Shown here: in pieces, positions 52,358-63,335 of the stretch
Layout: each line of letters starts with the position of its first letter
Position numbering within the stretch: the first letter of the stretch is position 1
Assembly: GCA_963736855.1 (NCBI GenBank)
Contig: CAVTQK010000020.1
Span: 96,001 to 160,000, forward strand
Source: an uncultured delta proteobacterium
GTDB lineage: Bacteria > Desulfobacterota > Desulfobacteria > Desulfobacterales > UBA2156
Reading direction: 5' to 3'
DNA length: 64,000 nt
Program-made: the position numbers and the translations under genes
Notes under the pieces: generated by a model
Told to the model about the DNA's origin: nothing
The model's database searches: none
The model's input: only the letters and a program-made list of their open reading frames with translations

Positions 52358-54652
52358 ATGTCCATGAAAAACGAACGGATCATGATCGTGGAAGATGACC
52401 AGGTCCTTGCCGAACATGTTCGGTCTAGCCTGAACGATTTGGGGTATATTGTTGATGCGATCGTACCGGATGGGGAAGGGGCTGTCCGAGAGGCGGAAAG
52501 AAAAAAGCCCAATCTGGTTCTGATGGATATCCAATTGAAAGGAGCCATGAGCGGTATTACTGCATCCGAGATAATCTCGGGCCGGCTCAATATTCCGGTC
52601 GTATTTATCAGTGCCCACGAGGATGAAGCCCTGATGAAAAAAACGCGCATTTCCGGAGCCTGCGGTTATCTTTTGAAACCCGTCGATGAACGGATCCTCA
52701 AAATAACCGTGGAGAACGCCTTATACCGACACAAAATAGAAGAGGCCTTTTCCGAGAGCGAAAAACGATATCGTGGAATCATCGAGGGCATGGCGGAAGG
52801 ATATTACGAGGCAAACCTGGGGGGTTATCTGACGGTCATCAACGAGGCCATGGCTCAGATCGTGGGGCTGCCCAAAGAGCAATTGCTGGGCAAGAGCAAT
52901 CGTGATTTCATGGAGCCGAATACTGCGAAACTCGTCTATAAGAAATTCAACGAGGTCTATCGCACGGGGGCTCCGGTAAAACAGTTTGCTTTTGAATTGA
53001 TAACAAAGGATGGCCGAAGCCGGTATCTGGAAGTTTCCATCGCCCCTATAAAGAACCGTGAAAATAGGCCCATCGGTTTTCGGGGGATTGCGCGCGATAT
53101 CACAGAAAAACGAAAAACGGAGATTTCGCTTATTGAAACGCGGAATTTTCTCCAAAATATCCTTAACAGTTCCATTGACGGCATTTGCACCACGGACATG
53201 AAGGGAAAGATCATCTTTACCACCCCCAGCTTGCAGGAAATGCTCGGCTTTGACCAGAAGGAACTCATCGGAAAACACGTGTATGATTTATACAAAAACG
53301 GAAAACAAGACGCCAAGCACATCATGGGGATTTTAACCCATCATGGGGGTCTTAAAAATCATGAGATGCAATTCGTGGCCAAAGACGGCAGGGAGCTTCA
53401 CGTCATGCTCTCGGCTTCCATGCTCAAAGAGAAAGCTGGAAATTCCATCGGTACGCTTGGTATTTTCAAAGACATCACAGAGAGAAAAATGATGGAGGAA
53501 CAGATCCTTCAAAGCCAGAAACACGAGTCCATCGGGGTTCTCGCCGGTGGAATCGCCCATGATTTCAACAATCTTTTGACGGCGGTGGTCGGCAACATTT
53601 CCCTGGCCAGGATGTATGCCAAGGCCGAGGGGAAACTGGCCCAGGTTTTAAACGAGGCGGATCGGGCCTGCGGCCAAGCCAAAGAACTCACGGAGCGGCT
53701 CCTCAACTTCTCTCCTGGAGATAGGCCGGTGAAAAAAGTGGACGCCATCGGAAAGCTCATGCAGGACGTCACTGTACTGGCGCTGTCAGGATCCACCGTC
53801 TCCAATGATTTCGATGTGCCGGAGGACCTGTGGCTGGTGGAATATAATGCCGATCAAATGAAGGAGGTGTTTGTCAATATTGTCCTAAACGCCATGGAAT
53901 CCATGCACAATAAGGGTGGAGTTGTCCGGGTCACGGGGCGAAATGTCCTGTTAGACCGAAAGAGGGTGGATACCAATGAAGTCATTGCGGCCGGAAGATA
54001 CGTGCAGCTTTCTTTTACCGATAACGGCGTTGGCATTCCGGAGGAAAATTTGCCGAAGATTTTTGATCCCTACTTCTCCACCAAGGAACAAGGAATCGAA
54101 AAAGGGATGGGTTTGGGGCTTACCTCAGTCTATTCCATCATTAAAAAACATGGAGGCCACATTCATGTAGAGTCTAAAAAGGGATCCGGGACCACGGTTC
54201 ATATCTTCCTCCCGGCCTATGGAATCAGGAAGAGGGAAGCGGAGGGGATTGTTGAGCTCGGCGAGGCCCCGGAGCGGCCAAAAGGAAAATTCCTGGTGAT
54301 GGACGACGAAGAAATCGTCCGTGAAGTGGTTGGGGAGATGCTTAAAGAGATGGGCTACACGGTAAAATTCGCCAAGGAAGGGAGCGAGGCTGTAGAACTT
54401 TACCATAAAGCCAAGGGAGCCGGTGCCCCGTTTGAGGCTGTCATTCTGGATGTGACGGTGAAAGCCGGCATGGGAGGCAAGGAGACCCTCAAATGCCTTT
54501 TGGAGATCGATCCTGACATCAAGGCCTTTGTATCGAGCGGCTATAGCAATGAGCCGATCATGCTGGAACATCAGAAATATGGTTTTATCGGTGCTATCGC
54601 CAAACCCTTCAGCATCGAAACCCTCAAGGCAGCCATAGAAGAAAAGCTATAA
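52358..54652 (+). CDS. Cytoplasmic hybrid sensor kinase (REC-PAS-PAS-HisKA-HATPase-REC)
   Basis: IVEDD..LMDI; two PAS/PAC ending DITE; AHDFNNLL; DNGVG, GMGLGL; VMDDE..ILD. Confidence 0.92.
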   Translation: MSMKNERIMIVEDDQVLAEHVRSSLNDLGYIVDAIVPDGEGAVREAERKKPNLVLMDIQLKGAMSGITASEIISGRLNIPVVFISAHEDEALMKKTRISGACGYLLKPVDERILKITVENALYRHKIEEAFSESEKRYRGIIEGMAEGYYEANLGGYLTVINEAMAQIVGLPKEQLLGKSNRDFMEPNTAKLVYKKFNEVYRTGAPVKQFAFELITKDGRSRYLEVSIAPIKNRENRPIGFRGIARDITEKRKTEISLIETRNFLQNILNSSIDGICTTDMKGKIIFTTPSLQEMLGFDQKELIGKHVYDLYKNGKQDAKHIMGILTHHGGLKNHEMQFVAKDGRELHVMLSASMLKEKAGNSIGTLGIFKDITERKMMEEQILQSQKHESIGVLAGGIAHDFNNLLTAVVGNISLARMYAKAEGKLAQVLNEADRACGQAKELTERLLNFSPGDRPVKKVDAIGKLMQDVTVLALSGSTVSNDFDVPEDLWLVEYNADQMKEVFVNIVLNAMESMHNKGGVVRVTGRNVLLDRKRVDTNEVIAAGRYVQLSFTDNGVGIPEENLPKIFDPYFSTKEQGIEKGMGLGLTSVYSIIKKHGGHIHVESKKGSGTTVHIFLPAYGIRKREAEGIVELGEAPERPKGKFLVMDDEEIVREVVGEMLKEMGYTVKFAKEGSEAVELYHKAKGAGAPFEAVILDVTVKAGMGGKETLKCLLEIDPDIKAFVSSGYSNEPIMLEHQKYGFIGAIAKPFSIETLKAAIEEKL

Positions 54653-54690
54653 AGCCAGGAGCCGCATTCTCAGAAGCGCCGGATCCCACC

Positions 54691-55860
54691 TTATTTTTTC
54701 GATGGCGTTACAAGAACGTAAAATAATCCCGACCCCAGAATCATGAACCCGGTGCCCATGGAGAAAGCCTGGCGTAACTGAAAAAAATCCATCGTCAACC
54801 CGGCCAGAACCGATCCCACCAGCATCCCGCCGCTGTGAGCCATGGTCAGAATCGCCATGACGGATCCCATAGCCTTCACCTGATTTCCTTTGAGCACCGC
54901 CATTCCCATCAGCGGCGGTATGGAGATCCCTCCTCCCAACCCGAAAAGAATGTTGGCAAGTAAGAGATCCCGGAATCCGCCGGCAAATTGAAAAAGTATC
55001 AGCCCGCAGCAGGCGATCCCTCCTCCGGTCAGTATCATTCCCTTTCGATTCATCCGGTCGGCCAAATAGCCCATGGGCGTCTGGAGGAGACCGCTGAGAA
55101 ACACACCCAGCATCACCAGAACGCCGATGAGGGAACTCGAGACGGAAAACATCTTGGAGGCGTAAATGGGCAGAAATCCCCAGATCACCCCGATGCAGGC
55201 GGTATAAGAAAAACGGAAAAAAAAGAGCCCTACCAGATCCCGATCCGCAAAAAGCCGGCGCCACCCCGCCGTATTTTTATCAAAGGGCCGGATCGCCTCG
55301 GTTCGGGTGGGAGGGAGGAAAAGAAAGCTCAACAAAAAGGCGACAAGTGCCAGGGTGCCCATGATGATAAAAGCGGCGTTCAGGCTCCACCGATCATGGA
55401 CGTAACCCCCAAGGAGCGGCCCGATGCTCAGGCTTAAAAATATCGACATGTTAAACATGCCCATGGTGAACCCCTCTTTTCCTGAAGGAGCGATATCCCC
55501 AACGTAGGCTTGTACCACCGGCATGATCATGGCTGAAGCGATCCCCTGAAAAAACCGGATGCCGATGAGGGTGGGGATGTCCCGGGAAAGGATGAACGCA
55601 ACCGAGACGAGGGCGTAGGCCAAAAGACCGGCGGTGATGAACGGCTTTCGGCCTTTTTTATCGGAAAGGCGGCCGAAAAAAGGCAGGAAAAAGGTTCTGG
55701 ACAGAGAAAAGGCCCCGAAGATCAGCCCGATGTAAATCCCGCTCGCTCCCAGGTCATGCGCATAAACCGGCAAAAGTGGTACCACGACCCCGACACCGGT
55801 CACGGCGGCGAAAATAGAAAAAAAGAGGGTGCCGAAGACCTTTTTATCCAGGCCGGTCAA
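54691..55860 (-). CDS. MFS transporter
   Basis: GRLSDKKGRK motif A, multiple TM helices. Confidence 0.9.
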   Translation of the reverse strand: MTGLDKKVFGTLFFSIFAAVTGVGVVVPLLPVYAHDLGASGIYIGLIFGAFSLSRTFFLPFFGRLSDKKGRKPFITAGLLAYALVSVAFILSRDIPTLIGIRFFQGIASAMIMPVVQAYVGDIAPSGKEGFTMGMFNMSIFLSLSIGPLLGGYVHDRWSLNAAFIIMGTLALVAFLLSFLFLPPTRTEAIRPFDKNTAGWRRLFADRDLVGLFFFRFSYTACIGVIWGFLPIYASKMFSVSSSLIGVLVMLGVFLSGLLQTPMGYLADRMNRKGMILTGGGIACCGLILFQFAGGFRDLLLANILFGLGGGISIPPLMGMAVLKGNQVKAMGSVMAILTMAHSGGMLVGSVLAGLTMDFFQLRQAFSMGTGFMILGSGLFYVLVTPSKK

Positions 55861-55861
55861 A

Positions 55862-57238
55862 TCAATCGTTCCGATGCTCCGGTGGCGGGATCTCTTTCCT
55901 GATTGCGGACACGACGGATTCCACGATTTGACGGATTTCGGTCAGACGAGCTTCGGTTTCGGCCTCGAATCTTAATACTATAACGGGCTGGGTGTTGGAA
56001 GCCCGTACCAGGCCCCAACCGTCGGAAAAAAGAACCCGGACGCCGTCGATATCGATAACATTATAGCGCTTTTGAAAATATTCGGTGACTTTTTGCACCA
56101 AGGCAAATTTCAAATCGTCCGGGCATTCCACCCGGATTTCCGGGGTCGTGAAAGTCTTTGGAACATCCGCCAGAAGGGTGGAGATCTTCCGGTCGGAGGC
56201 GGAAAGGATTTCCAGAAGTCGGCATGAAGCATAGATGGCGTCGTCGTACCCGAAATACCGGTCTTTGAAGAATATGTGACCGCTCATCTCGCCTGCCAAT
56301 TCCGCTTTTTCCACCTTCATCTTGTGCTTGATGAGGGAGTGTCCGGTTTTCCACATGATGGCCCGGCCCCCGTTCTTTTTGATGTCGTCGTAGAGGGTCT
56401 TGGAGCATTTCACCTCGGAGATAAAAGTCGCACCGGGTTTTCTGGAAAGGATCTCCCTCGAAAAAAGGATCATGAGCTTATCCCCGTAAATGATGGTCCC
56501 GGTCTCGTCTATAATCCCGATCCGGTCGCTGTCTCCGTCGTAACCGATACCCACGTCGAGCTTTTTTTCTTGAACCAGCTCGATGAGGTCCTTGAGGTTT
56601 TTAGCAACGGTGGGGTCCGCTTCATGGTTGGGGAAAGTCCCGTCCATGTCGCAATAAAGGTCATGAACCTCGCATTGGAGGGCCTTCAGGATGGGAAGTG
56701 CTACTACGCCCCCGGTCCCGTTCCCTGCGTCCAGACCTACCCGAAGAGGGCGTTTGAGGGCGATGTTGTTGATAACGAAGTCCTGGTAAAACGGGATGAC
56801 ATCGGTCTGAGATAACGTCCCTTGACCCGTTTCGAAGTCCTCCCTTTGGATGAGACCCAAGATCTTCTTCAGCTCTTCACCGTAAACAGAGTCGAGATCC
56901 ATACAGACCTTGAAACCGTTGTACTCCGGCGGATTATGGCTGGCGGTGACCATGACCCCGCCTTCTTTTTTAAGATGTTGGATGGAAAAGTAGAATACAG
57001 GGGTCGGACAGACACCGATGTCGATAACATCACATCCCGTGGATCGCAGCCCTTGGATAAGCCTCTCGGAATAGGCCTCGGAAGTCACCCGACAGTCTCT
57101 CCCCACAGTGAGGCGGGATCGGCCATATCGCTTCAGGTAGGTCCCGGCTCCTTTTCCGATCTGAACGATGTCATCATCGGAAAAATCCTTTCCGGTGATT
57201 CCCCGGATGTCGTATTCCCTGAAAATCAATGGGTTCAT
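55862..57238 (-). CDS. Phosphomannomutase/phosphoglucomutase
   Basis: FREYDIRG, TASHNP, DGDSDR, GEMSGH, VRASNT. Confidence 0.95.
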   Translation of the reverse strand: MNPLIFREYDIRGITGKDFSDDDIVQIGKGAGTYLKRYGRSRLTVGRDCRVTSEAYSERLIQGLRSTGCDVIDIGVCPTPVFYFSIQHLKKEGGVMVTASHNPPEYNGFKVCMDLDSVYGEELKKILGLIQREDFETGQGTLSQTDVIPFYQDFVINNIALKRPLRVGLDAGNGTGGVVALPILKALQCEVHDLYCDMDGTFPNHEADPTVAKNLKDLIELVQEKKLDVGIGYDGDSDRIGIIDETGTIIYGDKLMILFSREILSRKPGATFISEVKCSKTLYDDIKKNGGRAIMWKTGHSLIKHKMKVEKAELAGEMSGHIFFKDRYFGYDDAIYASCRLLEILSASDRKISTLLADVPKTFTTPEIRVECPDDLKFALVQKVTEYFQKRYNVIDIDGVRVLFSDGWGLVRASNTQPVIVLRFEAETEARLTEIRQIVESVVSAIRKEIPPPEHRND

Positions 57239-57251
57239 ATGTACCTTCCTT

Positions 57252-58076
57252 TTACCTGGTAAAAATCAAAATGAGGACCCCCACGACCCAGCAATACGGC
57301 GCAAAAACCGAAAGCCTACCCTGATTCACGAACCGAAGCAGGATTTTCAAGGCAAAGAACCCAACAACAGCGGCCGTGGCAGAACCGAGCAGAAGCATCT
57401 TCAACGATACCGGAGATGGAGTCAAGGAAGAACTCAACTGCAGCAGGAGTGCGCCAAAAATGGCGGGAATCGACAGGAGAAAAGAAAAAGGGCCAGCCGT
57501 TTCTCTTTGAATGCCCAGGAGCAAAGCGGTAGAAATGGTCGTTCCGGAGCGGGAAAGCCCGGGAAGTATCGCCATCCCCTGGGAGAATCCGATGATCAGG
57601 GCATCCCGGATCGTCATGGCCGCGATGGGACGTCCGTGTGCGGTCCCCCTTCGGGTCAGAAACAGGAGCAGCCCCGTTACCAACAGCATGATCCCGGCGA
57701 CTCGGGTCGTTCCGAAAAGCAAATCGATTTGTGTTTGGAAAAAAAGCCCCAGGACACCCGTGGGGAGAGTTCCGAATCCGATAAGGACAATCATCCGAAA
57801 ATCCGGATTCTGATTAAACAGGGTGACGATTCCGCCGGCGTTTCCTATAAGAGCGGGAAGTCGAATCAAGACAGACGCCAGCCTTTGAATCTCCTTAAAA
57901 AAAACAACGAACACGGCAATAAGGGTTCCCACATGAAGACAGACATCCAAGAGGAGCTGGGGTTCCTTCATGCCGAAGGCGTGCTGGAACAAGACCAGAT
58001 GTCCGGAGCTACTTACCGGCAAGAATTCAGTGAGTCCCTGGACTATGCCGAGGATAAGAATCTTCAGGGTTTCCAC
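57252..58076 (-). CDS. uppP: Undecaprenyl-diphosphate phosphatase
   Basis: GIVQGLTEFLPVSSSGHL, PGLSRSGTT, FSFLLSIP; GTG start inferred just after rtcB stop. Confidence 0.93.
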   Translation of the reverse strand: METLKILILGIVQGLTEFLPVSSSGHLVLFQHAFGMKEPQLLLDVCLHVGTLIAVFVVFFKEIQRLASVLIRLPALIGNAGGIVTLFNQNPDFRMIVLIGFGTLPTGVLGLFFQTQIDLLFGTTRVAGIMLLVTGLLLFLTRRGTAHGRPIAAMTIRDALIIGFSQGMAILPGLSRSGTTISTALLLGIQRETAGPFSFLLSIPAIFGALLLQLSSSLTPSPVSLKMLLLGSATAAVVGFFALKILLRFVNQGRLSVFAPYCWVVGVLILIFTR

Positions 58077-58078
58077 GG

Positions 58079-59518
58079 TTATCCTTTCACCACGGCCAAG
58101 GGTCTTAAGCGGGCGACCTTCTTCGAGATGCCGGCGCCATGGACTACCTCCACCACCTTGGAAACGTCTTTGTAGGCCTCGGGCATCTCTTCTCCCAGGG
58201 TTCCTCTTCCGCTCCATCGGACCAGAATCCCCTGATCCTCGAGTTCACGATTTATGGACCGTCCCTTGCTTTTTTTCATGGCTGCCTTTCGACTCAAGAC
58301 CCGGCCGGCCCCGTGGCAGGTGGATCCGAAGGTCTCCTCCATGGCCTTTTGGGTTCCCACCAGCACATAGGACGCCCGCCCCATGTCTCCGGGAATGAGG
58401 ATCGGTTGACCCACCGGGCGATAGGCGGCGCAAAGATCCGGATGGCCGGGCGGAAAGGAACGGGTGGCGCCTTTCCGGTGCACGCAGACCACGCGGTCTT
58501 TGCCTTCGATGACATGGGTTTCCCGCTTGGCGATGTTGTGGGAGACATCGTAGACCAGGTTCATGGAAAGATCTTTTGGACCGATCCCGAACACCCGATA
58601 GAAGACCTCCCGTGAAAGATGCAAAAGGATCTGCCGGTTGGTCCAGGCGTAGTTGGCGGCGCATGCCATGGCATTGAAGTATGCCGTCCCTTCTTCCGAA
58701 CGGATCGGGGCGCAGGCCAGTTGCCGATCCGGCAGCTCGAAGTCAAACTTTTTCGAAAGGCGGGTCATCCGGGCCAAAAAGTCGTCGCACACCTGGTACC
58801 CCAGCCCCCTGGAGCCCGAGTGCAGGATCAACGTCACCTGTCCTTCGAAAAGACCGAAGGCCCTGGCCACGTCCGGATCGAAGATGGTGTCCACGGTTCC
58901 CACTTCCAGGAAGTGGTTGCCGGATCCGAGGGTCCCGAGCTGGTTTTTCCCCCTTTCCAGGGCTCTTTCGCTCACTGTTTCCGGATCGGCATTTTCCAGA
59001 CTCCCCCCTTCTTCGGTGTGTTCCAGATCGACATCCTCTCCATATCCCTGTGACACCGCCCAGCTGCTTCCAAGGCGAAGGACTTTTTTAACTTCTTTTG
59101 CGCTGAGTTTGATGGACCCGGTGGAACCCACACCGGAGGGAATATATCGATAAAGGGCGTTGACCAATTCCTCGAGTTTAGAAGCAATGTCGGCCTTGGA
59201 AAGGGCGGTTGTGGCCAAGCGCACCCCGCAGTTGATGTCGTACCCTACCCCTCCGGGGGATATGACCCCTTCATCCCAGTCGAAAGCAGCCACGCCGCCG
59301 ATGGGAAAACCGTACCCCCAGTGGATGTCCGGCATGGCCAAAGACGCTTTTAAGATTCCGGGAAGCGTGGCCACATTGGCCACCTGTTGCAAAGGCTCGT
59401 TGTGTTCCTTTCCTGACAGCAGGGAGTCGTCGGAATAGATTATCCCCGGCACCCGCATCTTTCCTGTGGCGGGAATTTCCCATCGGTATTGATCGATTTT
59501 TTTTACCGTAATCTCCAT
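58079..59518 (-). CDS. rtcB: RNA-splicing/repair ligase RtcB
   Basis: MPDIHWGYGFPIGG, VGYDINCG, GSGNHF, HSGSRG, HRKGAT, HGAGR. Confidence 0.95.
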   Translation of the reverse strand: MEITVKKIDQYRWEIPATGKMRVPGIIYSDDSLLSGKEHNEPLQQVANVATLPGILKASLAMPDIHWGYGFPIGGVAAFDWDEGVISPGGVGYDINCGVRLATTALSKADIASKLEELVNALYRYIPSGVGSTGSIKLSAKEVKKVLRLGSSWAVSQGYGEDVDLEHTEEGGSLENADPETVSERALERGKNQLGTLGSGNHFLEVGTVDTIFDPDVARAFGLFEGQVTLILHSGSRGLGYQVCDDFLARMTRLSKKFDFELPDRQLACAPIRSEEGTAYFNAMACAANYAWTNRQILLHLSREVFYRVFGIGPKDLSMNLVYDVSHNIAKRETHVIEGKDRVVCVHRKGATRSFPPGHPDLCAAYRPVGQPILIPGDMGRASYVLVGTQKAMEETFGSTCHGAGRVLSRKAAMKKSKGRSINRELEDQGILVRWSGRGTLGEEMPEAYKDVSKVVEVVHGAGISKKVARLRPLAVVKG

Positions 59519-59549
59519 GGGGCCTTCCTCTCATGGTTCATCATGAGCG

Positions 59550-59987
59550 TTACACGTCGAATATGACTTTTGCCTCCCAACCGGAGGGAGTCCGCTTGAC
59601 CTGGATCTGATGATAGGTCACCGCTTTAATATCGTTTTGAATCAAATGGCGCTCCGAGTCGTAAGGGTGCACCCACACCGTTGCCGAAAGACGATTTTCG
59701 TCAACCGCCGTGACATCGGCCTTTTGTACCAAAAGCCCCTTTCCTGTCCAAAAATAAAGAAGCTCCCGCAACCAGATGACCATCAGGTCGGCCCGGTCCT
59801 CTCCCTCAAGCTGGAGGGTCTCCATGCTTCCCTTTCCCGACGCCCTCCCTTCCACGAGGAGGGCAAAAAGCGCTCGGGCGGCAGTTTCATAAAGGGCTTT
59901 TTCCGTGGGTCCAAAGACAAGGATCCCCAAGTCTGCGGTGTGGTCGATGACTCGATACCCCGCCTTTTGGGCCCTTGGTTGGTTCAT
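59550..59987 (-). CDS. Archease
   Basis: IDHTADLG, IKAVTYH, C-terminal IFDV. Confidence 0.92.
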   Translation of the reverse strand: MNQPRAQKAGYRVIDHTADLGILVFGPTEKALYETAARALFALLVEGRASGKGSMETLQLEGEDRADLMVIWLRELLYFWTGKGLLVQKADVTAVDENRLSATVWVHPYDSERHLIQNDIKAVTYHQIQVKRTPSGWEAKVIFDV

Positions 59988-61915
59988 ATAATATACTCTC
60001 CGGTCCGCCTTGTCGAATACCCTCCCAGGCTTTTCACGCGATTTTTAAATTCGGACGAAGAGATGATCTCCAAAAGGGCCTGGATCTTATTCGATTCGAA
60101 GTGTTCCTGGGGAATGATCAGATCGTACTGCTCGGTCACCACAGGGATGAAATCGAGCCTCAAAGCCTTTGCCGCCGAGAAGATACCCAGCCCCACATCC
60201 GCCGCACCGCTTTGTACGGCCACGGCCACGGCCATGTGGGTATATTCCTCGGCGGCATACCCGTTGATCTGTTCAGAACGGATTCCCTGTTCTTGCAGCC
60301 GGTAATCCAGCAGAACCCGGGTTCCGGATCCGGATTGACGATTGATAAATAACACATCCTTCCGGGTCAGATCCTCGATCCCTTTGACTTTTTTGGGGTT
60401 CCCTTTGGGGAGGATGAATCCTTGATCTCGGAAGACGAGCTGGACAACCCGGACCGGGATTTCCGGAAGAAGGCGACGGATGTAAGAAAGGTTATAGGAA
60501 CCATCCGTTGGGTCCAAAAGGTGCGAGCCGGCCACATGACATACGCCGCGCTTGATGGCCATCAAGCCTCCCATGCTCCCCACGTGGCTTGAAGACAGCG
60601 AGAAAGCGGGATACCGGGCCTTGATCAGGTCGGCCAACACGTCCAGGGTGTTGTCGTGGCTTCCCACCGCCACAATGGTGTTTTCCAGCGCCGGAAGGGG
60701 CCGCAACAGCTCCGCTCGAACCGGCTCCTGCTCCTGGACTCCTTCCACATGATTGGGGATGCGGATGATGCCGTCGGCTTCAGTCAAAGAGGTGATGCAT
60801 CCGGCCCCCCGGGGAAGGGGTGTGGCCACCAAGGCATCTCCCACCTTCCCGATCTTCACCCGCACGAACTCTTCCAGGCCCAGCCTGGAGGCGATTTTTC
60901 GGGTGGGCTTGACCAGAACCGTCTCGCGCCTCCGTTCTTCCTGGCCCAGCATCCTGCAGATGAGCGGGCCGATAAACTCCTCAAAAGCGATGATGGCCGA
61001 AACCGAATATCCCGGTACCCCGAAAACGGGTTTTCCGCTGACTTGCCCGATGACGATGGGTTTGCCCGGCATGATGGTGACCCCATGCACCAGAACTTTG
61101 CCCAGGTCGGCGATTACGAGCCTGGAGTAGTCCTCGGATCCGGCGGAGGACCCCCCACCGATCAAGACGATGTCAAAATCCCCCTGGATTCCGTCTGCAA
61201 CCGCTTTCCGGATGGCGTTCACGTCGTCTTTGAGCATCTCGTGCCGAACGAATGTTCCTCCCCATTCCTCGATGAGCTTTCCCAAGACGAAGGAGTTGGT
61301 TTCCAGGACCTGGCCGGGGCGGATCGATTCCAGAGGGACTTTCCGCCAGTCCACCAGCTCGGAGCCCGTGGGGATGATGAGGACCCTGGGCTTGGGTTTC
61401 ACAGGAACCGAAAAGATCCCTCCGGAAAGAAGCGCCCCCACGCAGTAAGGGGTGATTCGATGGTTCTGGGGGAACAACAGCTCCGTTGCCACGATGTCTT
61501 CTCCCACTTTTCGGACATGCTGGAAAGGGAAGACCGGGGCTTCGATATCAATACGGTCTGTTCCCGCCTCCCGGACATGCTCGATCATGATGACGGCGTT
61601 GGTTCCCGGAGGAAGGACATTCCCGGTGTTTACATAAAAGGCTTCTTTTCCGATGATGAGTTCTTTGGGGGATGTTTCACCGGCTCCATAGGTCTTTTCG
61701 GCTTCCACGGCCACTCCGTCCATAGCGGCAAGGTGTGCATCCGGCGAGGAGATCCTGGCAAAGATCGGCTCACCCATGACCCTGCCCACCGCGTCCGGTG
61801 CAGACACCCATTCGCACGGCACTTTTTTGGGCTCCGGAAGCATCTCAAACAGGATCTTCCGGGCTTCTTCCAATGTTTTCATTTGAAGATAGACGTTTCG
61901 GTCTTTTTTCATCAA
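59984..61915 (-). CDS. moeA: MoeA fused to periplasmic-binding-protein-like domain
   Basis: AMDGVAV, PTGSEL, PGKP, then GSHD, VGSMGGL, NRQSGSGTR. Confidence 0.9.
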   Translation of the reverse strand: MMKKDRNVYLQMKTLEEARKILFEMLPEPKKVPCEWVSAPDAVGRVMGEPIFARISSPDAHLAAMDGVAVEAEKTYGAGETSPKELIIGKEAFYVNTGNVLPPGTNAVIMIEHVREAGTDRIDIEAPVFPFQHVRKVGEDIVATELLFPQNHRITPYCVGALLSGGIFSVPVKPKPRVLIIPTGSELVDWRKVPLESIRPGQVLETNSFVLGKLIEEWGGTFVRHEMLKDDVNAIRKAVADGIQGDFDIVLIGGGSSAGSEDYSRLVIADLGKVLVHGVTIMPGKPIVIGQVSGKPVFGVPGYSVSAIIAFEEFIGPLICRMLGQEERRRETVLVKPTRKIASRLGLEEFVRVKIGKVGDALVATPLPRGAGCITSLTEADGIIRIPNHVEGVQEQEPVRAELLRPLPALENTIVAVGSHDNTLDVLADLIKARYPAFSLSSSHVGSMGGLMAIKRGVCHVAGSHLLDPTDGSYNLSYIRRLLPEIPVRVVQLVFRDQGFILPKGNPKKVKGIEDLTRKDVLFINRQSGSGTRVLLDYRLQEQGIRSEQINGYAAEEYTHMAVAVAVQSGAADVGLGIFSAAKALRLDFIPVVTEQYDLIIPQEHFESNKIQALLEIISSSEFKNRVKSLGGYSTRRTGEYII

Positions 61916-61958
61916 TACCTCCCAAAGAATTCAAACAGGGCGTCTTGGACCGTTTCTG

Positions 61959-63188
61959 CTAGACAGGGAATACTTCCACCTGGGCTCCCTGGTCCAAACC
62001 CTCGGTGTTCATGGGGATGGCGATCAGCCCGTCGGCTTTGACCATGGTGTGAATCAGTCCGGATTTTCCCAGGATGGGGTCGGCCCAAAGGGAGCCTTCC
62101 TTTTGAAGGAGTCGAACCCGGACATAATCGACCCTGCCCTGGGCCGAAGCCAGGTTCCGGGTCAATCGAGCCGGAATCCCGAACGCCCCTTTTCGGCTTT
62201 GTGAAAGACCGGCCAGAGATTCCAGAAAGGGTCGGACCACCACGACAAAAACGATCATGGCTGAAACGACATGACCGGGGAGCCCCCAAAACATTTTTCC
62301 GCCCACTTGGGCCAAAATGGTGGGTTTTCCGGGGCTGATGGGGATGCCGTGAACCAGGATTTTGGAGTGCGGCAGGCGGGAAAGGATCTCGACGGTCAAA
62401 TCGCGGGTTCCCATGGAGCTTCCTCCGGAAAGAAGAACCGCATCGGACTCTTCGAGGGCCTGTGAACAACGGTTGAAAAGCGATTCATGATCGTCCTTGA
62501 CGATCCCGAACATCACCGGAATCCCTCCGCTCTTGGTCACGAGACCCGACAACGTATAACTGTTGATGTCTCGCAACTGTCCGAAGGAAGGGGTTTGATC
62601 GATGGGCACGATTTCATCCCCGGTGGAAATAATCCCGACACGGGGCTTTTTAAAGACCGGAACGGACCGGACCCCGAAAGCGGCCAATAGGCCGGCTTCC
62701 TGGGGTCGGATGCGGTTTCCTGCGGCAAGGATCGTTTCGGATTCCTTGAAATCTTCTCCGGACAGAATGACGTTTTGACCGGGCGCGACACTCTTAAAAA
62801 CCTCGATGGCGTGATCGTCGAGTTTTTCCGTGTGTTCGATCATCACCACGCTGTCGGTCCCCGTAGGAAGCATCCCGCCGGTGGGAATGTAAGCGGTCTC
62901 GCCGGGGCCTAGTGCAAAATCAGGCGGCCGGCCCATGAAAACCTCCCCTTTCACGGTGAGGTATCCGGGATTCGATTCCGTGGATCCGAAGGTGGAAGCA
63001 GCCTTGACGGCGTAACCGTCCACGATGGACCGGGCAAATTCCGGAAGGTTTTGATCGGCGATTACATCTTTGGCCAAAATTCTGTCCATGGCCTCGGCAA
63101 GGGAAACCGTTTCGGTTCCGGTCGTTGAAAATTCGGTCGTATATTCCAAAACCCGTTCTAGGGATGTGACCTGAAAGAATTCTTTCAT
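61959..63188 (-). CDS. moeA: Molybdopterin molybdotransferase MoeA
   Basis: VDGYAV, STGDEI, SGGSSMG, SPGKP, LPGH. Confidence 0.92.
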   Translation of the reverse strand: MKEFFQVTSLERVLEYTTEFSTTGTETVSLAEAMDRILAKDVIADQNLPEFARSIVDGYAVKAASTFGSTESNPGYLTVKGEVFMGRPPDFALGPGETAYIPTGGMLPTGTDSVVMIEHTEKLDDHAIEVFKSVAPGQNVILSGEDFKESETILAAGNRIRPQEAGLLAAFGVRSVPVFKKPRVGIISTGDEIVPIDQTPSFGQLRDINSYTLSGLVTKSGGIPVMFGIVKDDHESLFNRCSQALEESDAVLLSGGSSMGTRDLTVEILSRLPHSKILVHGIPISPGKPTILAQVGGKMFWGLPGHVVSAMIVFVVVVRPFLESLAGLSQSRKGAFGIPARLTRNLASAQGRVDYVRVRLLQKEGSLWADPILGKSGLIHTMVKADGLIAIPMNTEGLDQGAQVEVFPV

Positions 63189-63335
63189 CTCGGTATGATC
63201 CTGATTCTGATGCCGGTATGGGTCTGTATGATCAACAAGTATCACAGTTGCATGGACGATTCAATTCGTAGAATGGGGGAAGGAGACCGGCTGCATGAAT
63301 TATGATCAAGCTTATTCGACGGTCTCTTTGTCGGA

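Noticed and set aside
59984..63188. Tandem moeA paralogues as novel
   Set aside because: MoeA plus MoeA-PBP pairs are common in Mo/W-using anaerobes
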